Translations under genes and position numbers: made by a program
The notes under the pieces: model-generated
Told to the model about the DNA's origin: nothing
What the model saw: the letters and a program-made list of their open reading frames with translations, nothing else
Databases searched by the model: none
DNA from: an uncultured Cryomorphaceae bacterium
GTDB lineage: Bacteria; Bacteroidota; Bacteroidia; Flavobacteriales_D; Cryomorphaceae
Assembly: GCA_963748925.1 (NCBI GenBank)
Contig: CAVVKG010000008.1
Span: forward strand, 233,335 to 297,334
Direction: 5' to 3'
DNA length: 64,000 nucleotides
Shown: piece after piece, positions 10,426-19,797 of the stretch
Position numbering within the stretch: position 1 is the stretch's first letter
How the letters are laid out: every line of letters starts with the position of its first letter

Positions 10426-10866
10426 ATGTCACTAATTAAAGTAAGAACAAGCGATTCAGCAGTAAATCCTTTTGAAAACCTTTTCAATGATTTTTTCGAA
10501 GGAGAATTTTTGCCTCAGCGCAAAAATAGAAGTTTTGGTTCCATGCCTGCGGCCAATGTAAAGGAAACAGAAAAGGCCTACCATGTAGAACTAGCTTCTC
10601 CTGGTATGACGAAGGAAGATTTTAAAATAGAGCTGGATGAAGATTTACTTACCATTCGCTCTGAGAAAGAAGTTCAAAAAGAAGAGAAAGACACCCGATT
10701 TACAAAGCGTGAGTTTAATTACACATCGTTTGTAAGGTCCTTCAGACTTCCCGAGGAAGTAGATGCAGAAAATATTTCTGCTCATTATGAAAACGGGATT
10801 CTAGCACTTGAGATTCCTAAAAAAGAATTGGAAGCGAAAAAAGTGCGCAAGATTGACATTAAGTAA
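10426..10866 (+). CDS. Hsp20/alpha-crystallin small heat-shock protein
   Basis: Alpha-crystallin domain (PAANVKETEKAYHVELASPGMTKEDFKIELDEDLLTIRSEK...ENGILALEIPK). The ATG at 10426 is preferred over the TTG at 10363. Confidence 0.9.
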   Translation: MSLIKVRTSDSAVNPFENLFNDFFEGEFLPQRKNRSFGSMPAANVKETEKAYHVELASPGMTKEDFKIELDEDLLTIRSEKEVQKEEKDTRFTKREFNYTSFVRSFRLPEEVDAENISAHYENGILALEIPKKELEAKKVRKIDIK

Positions 10867-10897
10867 TAATGGAGTAGATATTTTGATTGGTTGGAAG

Positions 10898-10930
10898 TGC
10901 GGGAGTTTGAAAAGCTCCCGCATTTTTTTT
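10898..10930 (+). terminator. rho-independent terminator after hsp20
   Basis: Stem tgcgggag / ctcccgca followed by T8. Confidence 0.8.
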
Positions 10931-11042
10931 GAATGCCGATTGAACCGTAAAAGTCGATGAGATTGGCGACCTTTGTTTGGATTGATAAAGTGACATGAGT
11001 TAGAATATTGTTTGCTATTGAAGACAATTAAGCAAATTAGAA

Positions 11043-11972
11043 ATGAATTATAAAGACTATTATAAAACGCTTGGAGTCGATAAATCGGCTACACAGCCTG
11101 AGATCAAAAAGAAATTCAGGAAGCTTGCAATCAAATACCATCCTGATAAGAATCCGGATGATGCCGGTTCTGAAGCCAAATTCAAAGATGTTAATGAGGC
11201 TTATGAAGTACTGGGCGATCCTGAAAAGCGCAAGAAATACGATGAATTAGGTGCGAACTGGAAGCAATATGAACAGTTTCAAAACGCCGGCGGTGGCCGG
11301 GGTAGTGGTCAAAGAACCTATCAGTACTCGGGAGATTATAGCGACTTTTTTGGTGGCTCAGCAGGGGGTGGCTTCTCAGATTTTTTCAACTCTTTTTTTG
11401 GTGGTGGAGGTTACGAGGGTGCCGGCAGCGCTTTTGGCGGACAGGAAGCCCAGTATGGCCGAGGCCGCGGCAGATCGCTCCGAAAGACCAATACTCAGGC
11501 CACGCTCGCTCTTTCATTTCAAGAAGCCTTTGCCGGTGTTGGAAAAGTGGTGCAACTCGATGGGCAGAAGATTAAGCTGAATATAAAGCCGGGGGTTAAG
11601 GATGGTCAAAAGTTAAAAGTAACCGGAAAAGGAAGAAGCGGCGGTGATTTAATAATTACTCTAAACGTTGCTTCACCTGCGGATTATGAAATAAATGGCC
11701 TTACACTAACCAAGAAGGTAAATGTTGACGTGTATACTGCTATTCTTGGCGGGAAGATTGGTGTTGATACCCTTCATGGAAAAATAACTATGCCCATCCA
11801 AAAAGGTACGCAATCCGGTAAAAAGTTAAGACTAAAAGGTAAAGGAATGCCAGACTACGACAAGCAGGGTACTTTTGGAGATCTTATTCTGGAGATACAG
11901 ATTAAAATTCCAACAGATCTTTCGGAAAAAGAGATAAAGCTTTTTAAGGAGTTGCAGGCACAGAGGAATTAA
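11043..11972 (+). CDS. cbpA: CbpA-like J-domain co-chaperone (DnaJ type without zinc finger)
   Basis: J domain with HPD (DYYKTLGV...KYHPDKN), a G/F-rich linker and DnaJ C-terminal domains. The protein contains no Cys at all, so the CxxCxGxG zinc finger is absent. Confidence 0.88.
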   Translation: MNYKDYYKTLGVDKSATQPEIKKKFRKLAIKYHPDKNPDDAGSEAKFKDVNEAYEVLGDPEKRKKYDELGANWKQYEQFQNAGGGRGSGQRTYQYSGDYSDFFGGSAGGGFSDFFNSFFGGGGYEGAGSAFGGQEAQYGRGRGRSLRKTNTQATLALSFQEAFAGVGKVVQLDGQKIKLNIKPGVKDGQKLKVTGKGRSGGDLIITLNVASPADYEINGLTLTKKVNVDVYTAILGGKIGVDTLHGKITMPIQKGTQSGKKLRLKGKGMPDYDKQGTFGDLILEIQIKIPTDLSEKEIKLFKELQAQRN

Positions 11973-11992
11973 TTTCGAATCTTAAATAAAAC

Positions 11993-12026
11993 AAAAAATC
12001 GCAAGTGTAAGCTTGCGATTTTTTTA
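11993..12026. terminator. bidirectional terminator between cbpA-like gene and nitroreductase gene
   Basis: Hairpin atcgcaag / cttgcgat flanked by an A-run upstream and a T-run downstream. It lies between convergent genes. Confidence 0.7.
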
Positions 12027-12046
12027 TTTTGAGTACTTGTTTAACG

Positions 12047-12646
12047 CTAGAAAGTCCACTTGTCCTTTGCGACAAATTCTGTTTGCTTCATTCTTTTTCT
12101 TTCGCTTTTTTCGGCTTTTTCAAGGGCCTCAGGCAGACTGGAAATATCGCCCCCATAATACCCTAAAGCAATTGCGGTTGTAATGTGGTATCCATCCGGA
12201 ACATTGTAAGTTTCGTGTGCTTTTTTCCAGTCAACACCAGCCATTGAGTGAACTGCAATACCCATTGATTGAGCTTGTAGTGATAAGTTTCCCGTGGCTA
12301 AACCAAGATCGTGAAGAGCATGAAAGTTTTCTTTTCCATTATCAAATTGCTTTTTGTAAGCCGTGAGCATCAACACCGGTGCATTTTTAACCCATTGTTT
12401 ATTAAAATCAGCCAGGTGATCAAAAATTCTTTTGTATTCATCCGAGCCTATGAGTGCATACATAAATCTCCAGGGTTGACCATTATTTGAGCTTGCTGCC
12501 CATCTTGCTGCCTCAAATAGTTGATGGAGTTTTTCTACCTCCACCGGCTTGTTGTCAAACATACGTGGACTCCACCGCTCGGTTAGTAATGAGTGAATAT
12601 CGTAATCTGTATCGGCCTTTTTTTTCATTTTAATATTGGATTTCAT
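12047..12646 (-). CDS. nitroreductase-family oxidoreductase
   Basis: 199-aa ORF. LTERWSPRMF near the N-terminus and AASSNNGQPWRF are typical of the FMN nitroreductase fold. Confidence 0.8.
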   Translation of the reverse strand: MKSNIKMKKKADTDYDIHSLLTERWSPRMFDNKPVEVEKLHQLFEAARWAASSNNGQPWRFMYALIGSDEYKRIFDHLADFNKQWVKNAPVLMLTAYKKQFDNGKENFHALHDLGLATGNLSLQAQSMGIAVHSMAGVDWKKAHETYNVPDGYHITTAIALGYYGGDISSLPEALEKAEKSERKRMKQTEFVAKDKWTF

Positions 12647-13105
12647 GTTTCCAGTTTTCTAACAACTGGCTTAGAATATGGTTCATTATTTTAATATCTC
12701 TGCTTTGATGACTTTTTGACCTAATTTTAGAGATTCAAGTATAATATTGTTTGTCACAAAGTTTGACTTTTACCAATTCGCTTTATATTACTTAAAAGTG
12801 TTTGGTGACTCAACTCCTCAGGTAATCAGGCACTAAATTAGGAAAGACGGGCAACGTTTTTTGTTTGAGATTGGATTCACAACCAAACAATAATTGACGA
12901 AAGCTCCAAAAAGAAGATTCTCAAAATTATTAAACGTTAACCAATATTGGAATATTAAAGATATACTTAGTCAACTATTTACTATCAAGACACGTCAGTT
13001 TTGTATGATTCGATGGTTCCTGTTTGCTTGGAAGGCAGAATTTTTTCAGCAGATACTAGTGAGCCTAGCAAGGGAGTCAATTTTTGATAGCTTTGTCTAA
13101 AACAT

Positions 13106-15571
13106 ATGCAACTTATGAGTAAAACTCTCCTTACTACTCTTCTATCTACTCTTATTCTATTTTTTATAGGTTCAATTTCAGAAATTCAAGCGCAGGATTG
13201 CGAGTTAGAATTTTCTTTGGGTAACGATACAACCATTAATTGTAATTCCAGTATTTCCCTTGGTGCACCTGAAGGATATAATTACCTGTGGAGTACCGGT
13301 GACGTTACGGATTCTATAAATGTGAGTCAGGCGGGTACATACTCCGTGCAAGTAATTGAAAACCTCGGATCCATAACTGTAAATGGAGATTTCTCTAATG
13401 GTTTAACAGGCTTTACCAGCGATTATATTCCCGGAACAGGAGGCGCTTTTGGGTTATTGAGTTTAGAAGGGCAATATGCTGTATCTTCTAATTCCAGTGA
13501 CGTTCATGACAATTTTGCATTTTGCTTTGATCATACGCAAGGTGACGCTACAGGATCTATGCTCATTGTAAACGGTGCAGCTATTGCTGATCAGGAAATC
13601 TGGACACAAACAATTGCGGTTACTCCAAATACCGATTATATTTTTTCAACCTGGGCTATGTCTGTGACTCCGAATAATCCGGGTCAGCTCAATTTCTCAA
13701 TTAACGGAAGCCAAATCGGGTTAACTTTTGATATTCCAGCAACAAGCTGCCTCTGGCAAGAGTTTTTTACCACCTGGAATTCTGGTTCAGCCACATCCGC
13801 AACTATTTCTATAGTAAACCAGAATACTCAAGTAGCGGGTAATGATTTTGCACTCGACGATATTCAATTTTCACCTACTTGTGTTTTCACCGACAGCATT
13901 GTGGTATCCTTACCTCCAAAGCCAGTATTAACGTTATCCGGTGCTCAAACCATTTGTGCGGGCGATTCTGTGACGCTTACTGCGAGCTCGACTATTGATG
14001 GTTCCACTGTAAACTGGCAGCCTGGATCGCTCACCGGAAATGAAATCACTGTTTCTCCAGCATCGTCAACTCAATACACTGCTATCGCCACTTCTCCTGC
14101 AGATTGCAATTCCATTCCCAAAACAGTTGTAATCACTGTTGATCAGGGTCCAAATTTTACGATTTCGGGAACCGATAGCATTTGTCCCGCCCAAACAGTT
14201 ACACTCACAGCCTCTTCAAATACTACCGGACTCAGTTACAACTGGAGCCCTGGCGATTTAAATGGGAATTCAATAGAAATATCTCCAGATGAAACGACTG
14301 TTTACACAGTTACGGCAACTCCAGAAACTGGGTGCCCTTCGTCTAGATCATTTACAGTAAATGTGCGAAACCCGGAGGTAAGCATCACTGGAACCCCGCT
14401 AATTTGTCAAGGTCAAACAATTTCACTTTCGGCTAGCTCGTATTTTGATCCTTATGAATTTACCTGGCAACCCGGAAACGTGGCTAATGATGTTATTCAA
14501 GTATCGCCATCAGAGACAACCACATATTCTGTTACTGGCTTATCTGATGAAGGGTGTGAATCTTCTGCCACCTATACGGTAGAAGTTGTAGACCCAAAAA
14601 TTACAATTACCGGTCCTTCTGAAATTTGTCCGGGTGATACTGCAATGCTTAATGCTTCTGCAGATTTCCCTGGATTTCTATACCAATGGAATCCAGGCTC
14701 GTTATCTGGAGCAAATGTAGAACTCAATCCCAACTCAACTACAACCTATTCCATTACAGGAGTTTCGTCGCTAGGTTGTTCTTCCGATACAACTTATACG
14801 CTAACAGTGCTGCCAATACCTGTGGCTGAGATTAGCGGAGCAGGGCAAATTTGCAATGGTTCTGAAATTACGCTAACAGCTTCTGCAAATATTCCGGGAA
14901 CCTTGTTTATATGGAATACAGAAGACTCAGTTTCTCAGATTACTGTAGATCCAAGCACGACTTCAGATTACAGTGTTGTGGCTATTGCTGATAATTGCCC
15001 ATCTCAACCCGCATTCGCTACAGTGACAGTTTATCAGGTTCCAATTGTTTATCCTCCGAACGATACCCTCGTGTGTCCTGCTGAGCCCGTAACTGTTTTT
15101 GCAGGTTCTAATGTTGTAGGTGGAAATTATTTTTGGACCCCGACTGAACAAACGGGTGATACAATTACTATTGATCCGGTAGTTGCCGGCTTCTATACTG
15201 TTTCTGTTGAAAGCAATGGATGTACTTCCGTAGAAAGATTCTTTAATGTAGGACTTCTGGAGACATGCGGTTGCGAATTGGTTATGCCAAATATTTTTAC
15301 CCCAAACAGTGATGGTAAGAATGATACTTTCGGCCCTCTTGAAGATGACGAATGTGAGTACACCAATTTTACTCTAACTGTTTTCAATCGTTGGGGTAAA
15401 GAAGTGTTCTCAAGCTCAGAGAGCGGTAGCCGATGGGATGGGATGATTAACGATAACCAGGCTTCCGAAGGAGTTTATTTTTGGACCTTTTCGTACGGAT
15501 ATACAGATAGAAGCTTACGCACCGGGAATAACAGTTTAAGTGGAGAAGTAAGCCTTTCCTTAGGACCTTAG
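13106..15571 (+). CDS. secreted multi-Ig-repeat surface protein with T9SS type-B (gliding-motility-associated) C-terminal domain
   Basis: Signal peptide. About 270-aa N-terminal module ending GNDFALDDIQFSPTC. Six tandem Cys-containing repeats of about 74 aa. The C-terminus CELVMPNIFTPNSDGKNDTF...VFNRWGKEVF...WDG matches the type-B sorting-domain pattern. Confidence 0.85.
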   Translation: MQLMSKTLLTTLLSTLILFFIGSISEIQAQDCELEFSLGNDTTINCNSSISLGAPEGYNYLWSTGDVTDSINVSQAGTYSVQVIENLGSITVNGDFSNGLTGFTSDYIPGTGGAFGLLSLEGQYAVSSNSSDVHDNFAFCFDHTQGDATGSMLIVNGAAIADQEIWTQTIAVTPNTDYIFSTWAMSVTPNNPGQLNFSINGSQIGLTFDIPATSCLWQEFFTTWNSGSATSATISIVNQNTQVAGNDFALDDIQFSPTCVFTDSIVVSLPPKPVLTLSGAQTICAGDSVTLTASSTIDGSTVNWQPGSLTGNEITVSPASSTQYTAIATSPADCNSIPKTVVITVDQGPNFTISGTDSICPAQTVTLTASSNTTGLSYNWSPGDLNGNSIEISPDETTVYTVTATPETGCPSSRSFTVNVRNPEVSITGTPLICQGQTISLSASSYFDPYEFTWQPGNVANDVIQVSPSETTTYSVTGLSDEGCESSATYTVEVVDPKITITGPSEICPGDTAMLNASADFPGFLYQWNPGSLSGANVELNPNSTTTYSITGVSSLGCSSDTTYTLTVLPIPVAEISGAGQICNGSEITLTASANIPGTLFIWNTEDSVSQITVDPSTTSDYSVVAIADNCPSQPAFATVTVYQVPIVYPPNDTLVCPAEPVTVFAGSNVVGGNYFWTPTEQTGDTITIDPVVAGFYTVSVESNGCTSVERFFNVGLLETCGCELVMPNIFTPNSDGKNDTFGPLEDDECEYTNFTLTVFNRWGKEVFSSSESGSRWDGMINDNQASEGVYFWTFSYGYTDRSLRTGNNSLSGEVSLSLGP
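13922..15256 (+). repeat. six tandem ~74-aa Ig-like repeats (coding)
   Basis: Repeated pattern P.(L/I)T(L/I)(S/T)G...IC.G..(V/I)TLTAS......(Y/F).W.PG...G..(I/V).(V/I).P...T.Y.V.......C.S....(V/T)V.V. The units begin PVLTLSG, PNFTISG, PEVSITG, PKITITG, PVAEISG and PIVYPPN. Confidence 0.8.
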
Positions 15572-15722
15572 TAGGAGATAAAGATGTTGATCAGTCGCTT
15601 TAAGTTGTTTGTTCCTCCTGATTACTGAAATGTTAAGATAAATAAGATGAAAACTTCAGCATAATTAATGAATTTAACCTTTAACTCTAATTCTATTTTC
15701 TAATCTAAATACGTATCATTCT

Positions 15723-18700
15723 ATGAAGAAAGCTCTACACAATTGGCTACTAAGTACTGCTAGTTTTTTAGTATTATTTTTCGTTCTCACGACAAGCTCG
15801 TATGGACAATTAACCCCGGCTTGTTCGCCTACTTATACTTCAGGTAGTTTTAACTGGAATATAAGTAATATTACAATTGGTAGTTTAAACCAGGGTATCA
15901 GCTATTTTAACCACGATTACACCGATCAATCATTCTCGGTAGTAGCTGGTGAGTCGAATGATATATCTCTTACCTCCAGTGGGTTTTGCTCAGTAGGTGT
16001 GGCCGGAGACTGGAATAACGATGGTGATTTTGATGATGAAGGTGAAGTTATGGAGCTCGTTGATTATCAGGCTGGTAATCCTCAGGTGTACGATTTCACT
16101 ATGACTGTTCCAGGCTATGTTCTTACAGGGTCTTATCGCTTTAGAGCCTGGAATATTTATGCAAACTCAGGTGAAGGCAATCCTATAGGCTCTCCATGCG
16201 GAACTTATGGGTATGGAAGCTGGTTTGATATGACTATTGATGTAACCAACAGTGCATCATGCCAACCCCCAACAGGTGTTACAGTTACAGAAGTTCAAGC
16301 TTCATCTGCAGAAGCAGCATGGACAGCACCTGAAACTGCTCCTGAAGGATATGAATGGTCTGTTTTCTATATGGGAGATGACCCGGAAACCGCTACTCCT
16401 TTTGCTTCAGGTAATACTACTGAGACGATGGTGTCGCTGGCAAACCTTGATCCTTCCACTCAATATCAATTTTACGTAATGTCAAATTGTGGAGCAGATG
16501 ACAATAGTTTAATGAGTCTTCCGGTTTCTTTTTATACGCTGTGTGATGGCGTTCCAACTGCAGGTACACCGGCATCCACAACAAGTTCGGTTTGTTCAGG
16601 CAACCAGTTTACTATTAATGTTGATGAAGTTGTTACAGCGGGTCCAGGCATTTCATACCAGTGGCAATCATCTCCTGAAGGAGAAGAAAACTGGATGGAT
16701 ATAGATGGTGAAGCAGGACAGTCCATTTCCATAACTCAGGAAGCGGGTACTGATTACAGATACTACGTGATTTGCTCGGGAAGTGAGGAAAGCGATACTT
16801 CGGCAGTGTTAAACATTGCTCAAAATCCAGCGAATGAATGCTATTGTACTCCAGGTAATACGAATATGAACTTTAATGACGAAATCACGAATGTTACATT
16901 CGCTGGAATTGACAACAGTAGTTCAGGAAATGCAGACAACACAAATGGTTATGCAGACTATACCGGCACAGTAGCCGCAGCTCTGATACTACCCAGTTTG
17001 ACATATGATTTTTCAGCAAACACAGGTAGTGGAGGTAATGAATATGTAAGCGTCTGGATAGATTATAATTTTAACGGCGAGTTTGAAGAAAGCGAATATC
17101 AATTTATTGGAAACGGAAACAATACAACAGTTACTGCTCAAATAACAGTTCCTTTTGGCACAGCTCCGGGCACAACTAGAATGCGTGTTCGGGCCAGATA
17201 TAATACTGAAGTAGGTTCTGATAACGCCTGTACTGGATATACTTACGGAGAGACTGAAGATTATTTAGTTACTATTCAGGCACTTGAACCTTGTGAAGGT
17301 GCGCCGGAACCAGGGATGACCATCGCTTCAATCGATTCTGTATGTGCAGGAGGTGCAATAGTTAATTTCACATTGGAAGACGATTATACAAGTTTTTCAG
17401 AAATTGAATACCAATGGTTAATAAACTCAGGCGATGGATGGATGCCCATTGAAAACGAAACGATTTTTGAAGCTACTTATAATGTAACAGAAACAAGCTG
17501 GTTTAGATGCGAATTAACTTGTGTTACTTCTGGTGAGTCAGCTTTTTCGGATTCAACTTTGGTTGATGTTATTCCATTGCCGGATGTAGCAGTTGATCCT
17601 ACAGGTTTCGCACTATGTGAAGGTGGATCTGCTGTGTTAAATGCTACCGGAGCAGAAACTTACACGTGGTCGCCAGCAGCTGGCTTAACAGCTACTACGG
17701 GTGCGTCTGTTCAAGCAAATCCTACGAATTCAACGAGTTATACAGTTACCGGAACCAGTGAATATGGTTGCGTAAACACAGCAGTTGCTACTGTTGCTCC
17801 TATTAGTCAGGTAGCTATTTCGGCGATACCAAACCAAACCGGATTCTGTGAACCAGGTGATTTAGTTACAGTTGCCCTCGAAGGAGTTCCTGATGGCATT
17901 TCAGGAGGAGGAAACTGGTCCTACCAGTGGATGGATGCAAATGGAAATGAGGTACAGCCTTTTAGTCCAATTTCAAATTTCTCTGTCACACCGGATACTG
18001 CTGGAAACTATTCTTATTCAGTAAATATGGTGGCGTCTTCTTGTAATGAAGATACTCTCTTCAGTATTGGTCAGGTGAGTTTTACAGTAGGTTTTGGTGC
18101 CGATGCCGACCTTACGATGATTAACTGTAACCAGCCAACAGGAATTATTTCATTGCAGAATACATTTGGTTTGATGACTGATTCATTGATCTATGGAAAT
18201 GATTTCTCAATTCCTTTTGAAGAAATTGAAGGAGACTCAGTTCTTTTATCAGGTGATGCTCACATTGAGGATGGAAGGTTAGTACTTACCGATTCTCAAC
18301 AAGGGGTTCAAGGTAGATACTACCAGTATGTGGATGTTCCAGCTAATTTTGGTGGAATGGATGTTTCTTTTGACCTTACTGCCGACCAGCCAATCAATAA
18401 TTTTGGAACTGGTGGAGGCGATGGTCTTGCATTTAGTTTCGGTGATGATATTGAAACTGCCGGAACCAACAATCCGCATAATGGTTCAGGAACCAAACTG
18501 AGATTAGCATTCGATGCAGCTGACAACGGTTCAAATCAAAGAGGTATCTATTTGGTTTATGGTTACAATAGTGGAAATAATATTCCAACAAACGATCCGA
18601 GTGTTGTGGCTTACTCAGCCAATATGTCATGGAAGGTTCAAACAGATTTACCTGTTCATTTTTCAATCAATGCTCAGGGAAGAGCTACACTTACAGTTGA

Positions 18701-19727
18701 TGGAGTGATTATTTTCAACGGCGTACAAATGCCTGAGGCCTACATGAATGCTAACAAGAGTGAGTGGATTACAGGTTTCTCAGCAGCAACTGGTGGAGAT
18801 GCCCTACGCCATGCAGTTGATAATGTAGCAATCAACCTGAGCGTACTTGAGTACGGAATTACTGCAGAATCTGAGACTACTCCGCCATCTGAATGGCAGA
18901 TCAACAGTGAATTCAATGACCTTGAAGAAGGAACTTACAATATCTGGATGAACAGTACGGATGCGGGTTGTAACAGTATGGTAGGTACTTACACGATTGA
19001 GAATATCAATCCTGTGGTTGAGATCGATACGCCAATTAATATTTGTGCCGGTGACAGCGCAGTAATTGATGCTGGTAATCCAGGCGACATGTATTCATGG
19101 AGCAACGGTGAAACCACCCAAACTATTACAGTGTATGACGCCGGAAACTATGCCGTACTCGTTACAGATACTGCTAATTGTTTTGATCTGGCTTCAGTTG
19201 CTGTTAATATTACAAACCCATCTGCAGTAGAAGGTATCAATTCGGTGTTTATTGAAGAAGGAACCTATTTGCTTTCTGCGGTTAATCCAACATACACAGA
19301 TACTTATAGTTGGGATTTTGGTGATGGTCAAACAGAGGTTACTCAGGTGCCAACAGTAGAGCATTTTTATGCAAACGAAGGAAGTTTCACAGTAACACTT
19401 ACTGTATCATCTGATTTTGGCTGTAGCGACTCTACTGTAGTTGGTTTAGTTGATGTGATTTCGAGTATTGAAGAAACTGCTGCAGAAGCCGGACTTTCAG
19501 TATACCCTAATCCTACCTCGAATACCTTGTATTTAAGTAATACAGGAAAAAACTTTGTAAAGCAAATCCAAATATTGGATGCTACCGGAAAAGAGGTTAA
19601 AGATTTAGCAATTCAAGGCAACACAACTGTGGAAATTGACGTCAATACATTGAGAAACGGAATTTATATTCTTCGTATCAATGCAGAAAACGCTATTTAC
19701 CATACTAGATTCGTTATTGCCAACTAA
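15723..19727 (+). CDS. 1334-aa mosaic surface protein (GEVED-like, FN3-like, L-type-lectin/ConA-like, PKD) with T9SS type-A C-terminal domain
   Basis: Signal peptide. YGETEDYLVTIQ (GEVED-type motif). PTGVTVTEVQASSAEAAWTAP (FN3-like). GGDGLAFSFGDD...FSAATGGDALRHAVDNV (legume-lectin-like). SWDFGDGQ...FTVTLTV (PKD). C-terminal SVYPNPTSNTLYL...GIYILRI (type-A sorting domain). Confidence 0.85.
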   Translation: MKKALHNWLLSTASFLVLFFVLTTSSYGQLTPACSPTYTSGSFNWNISNITIGSLNQGISYFNHDYTDQSFSVVAGESNDISLTSSGFCSVGVAGDWNNDGDFDDEGEVMELVDYQAGNPQVYDFTMTVPGYVLTGSYRFRAWNIYANSGEGNPIGSPCGTYGYGSWFDMTIDVTNSASCQPPTGVTVTEVQASSAEAAWTAPETAPEGYEWSVFYMGDDPETATPFASGNTTETMVSLANLDPSTQYQFYVMSNCGADDNSLMSLPVSFYTLCDGVPTAGTPASTTSSVCSGNQFTINVDEVVTAGPGISYQWQSSPEGEENWMDIDGEAGQSISITQEAGTDYRYYVICSGSEESDTSAVLNIAQNPANECYCTPGNTNMNFNDEITNVTFAGIDNSSSGNADNTNGYADYTGTVAAALILPSLTYDFSANTGSGGNEYVSVWIDYNFNGEFEESEYQFIGNGNNTTVTAQITVPFGTAPGTTRMRVRARYNTEVGSDNACTGYTYGETEDYLVTIQALEPCEGAPEPGMTIASIDSVCAGGAIVNFTLEDDYTSFSEIEYQWLINSGDGWMPIENETIFEATYNVTETSWFRCELTCVTSGESAFSDSTLVDVIPLPDVAVDPTGFALCEGGSAVLNATGAETYTWSPAAGLTATTGASVQANPTNSTSYTVTGTSEYGCVNTAVATVAPISQVAISAIPNQTGFCEPGDLVTVALEGVPDGISGGGNWSYQWMDANGNEVQPFSPISNFSVTPDTAGNYSYSVNMVASSCNEDTLFSIGQVSFTVGFGADADLTMINCNQPTGIISLQNTFGLMTDSLIYGNDFSIPFEEIEGDSVLLSGDAHIEDGRLVLTDSQQGVQGRYYQYVDVPANFGGMDVSFDLTADQPINNFGTGGGDGLAFSFGDDIETAGTNNPHNGSGTKLRLAFDAADNGSNQRGIYLVYGYNSGNNIPTNDPSVVAYSANMSWKVQTDLPVHFSINAQGRATLTVDGVIIFNGVQMPEAYMNANKSEWITGFSAATGGDALRHAVDNVAINLSVLEYGITAESETTPPSEWQINSEFNDLEEGTYNIWMNSTDAGCNSMVGTYTIENINPVVEIDTPINICAGDSAVIDAGNPGDMYSWSNGETTQTITVYDAGNYAVLVTDTANCFDLASVAVNITNPSAVEGINSVFIEEGTYLLSAVNPTYTDTYSWDFGDGQTEVTQVPTVEHFYANEGSFTVTLTVSSDFGCSDSTVVGLVDVISSIEETAAEAGLSVYPNPTSNTLYLSNTGKNFVKQIQILDATGKEVKDLAIQGNTTVEIDVNTLRNGIYILRINAENAIYHTRFVIAN

Positions 19728-19750
19728 GTTTAATTACAAATATTTAATGA

Positions 19751-19792
19751 ACCACCGATTTTTACCGAAATGTTTGAATCGGTGGTTTTTTA
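19751..19792 (+). terminator. rho-independent terminator after the 1334-aa gene
   Basis: 10-bp stem accaccgatt / aatcggtggt with a 16-nt loop, followed by a T-run. It lies inside the ORF-track N-terminal extension of the next gene, which argues for the ATG at 19798. Confidence 0.7.
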
Positions 19793-19797
19793 CTAAA

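Noticed and set aside
11251-11580. 109-aa alternative-frame ORF inside the cbpA-like gene.
   Set aside because: It arises from the GC-rich, repetitive G/F-linker coding region. The main frame gives a complete J-protein.
12894-13100. 68-aa ORF (TTG start) in the 460-bp region upstream of the first T9SS gene.
   Set aside because: It has a non-ATG start, no recognisable motif, and the basic/aromatic composition typical of AT-rich intergenic DNA. It is more likely promoter or leader DNA.
19681-19797. N-terminal extension of the 902-aa ORF overlapping the end of the previous gene.
   Set aside because: The extension contains the previous gene's terminator hairpin (19751-19792). A proper signal peptide begins at the ATG at 19798.
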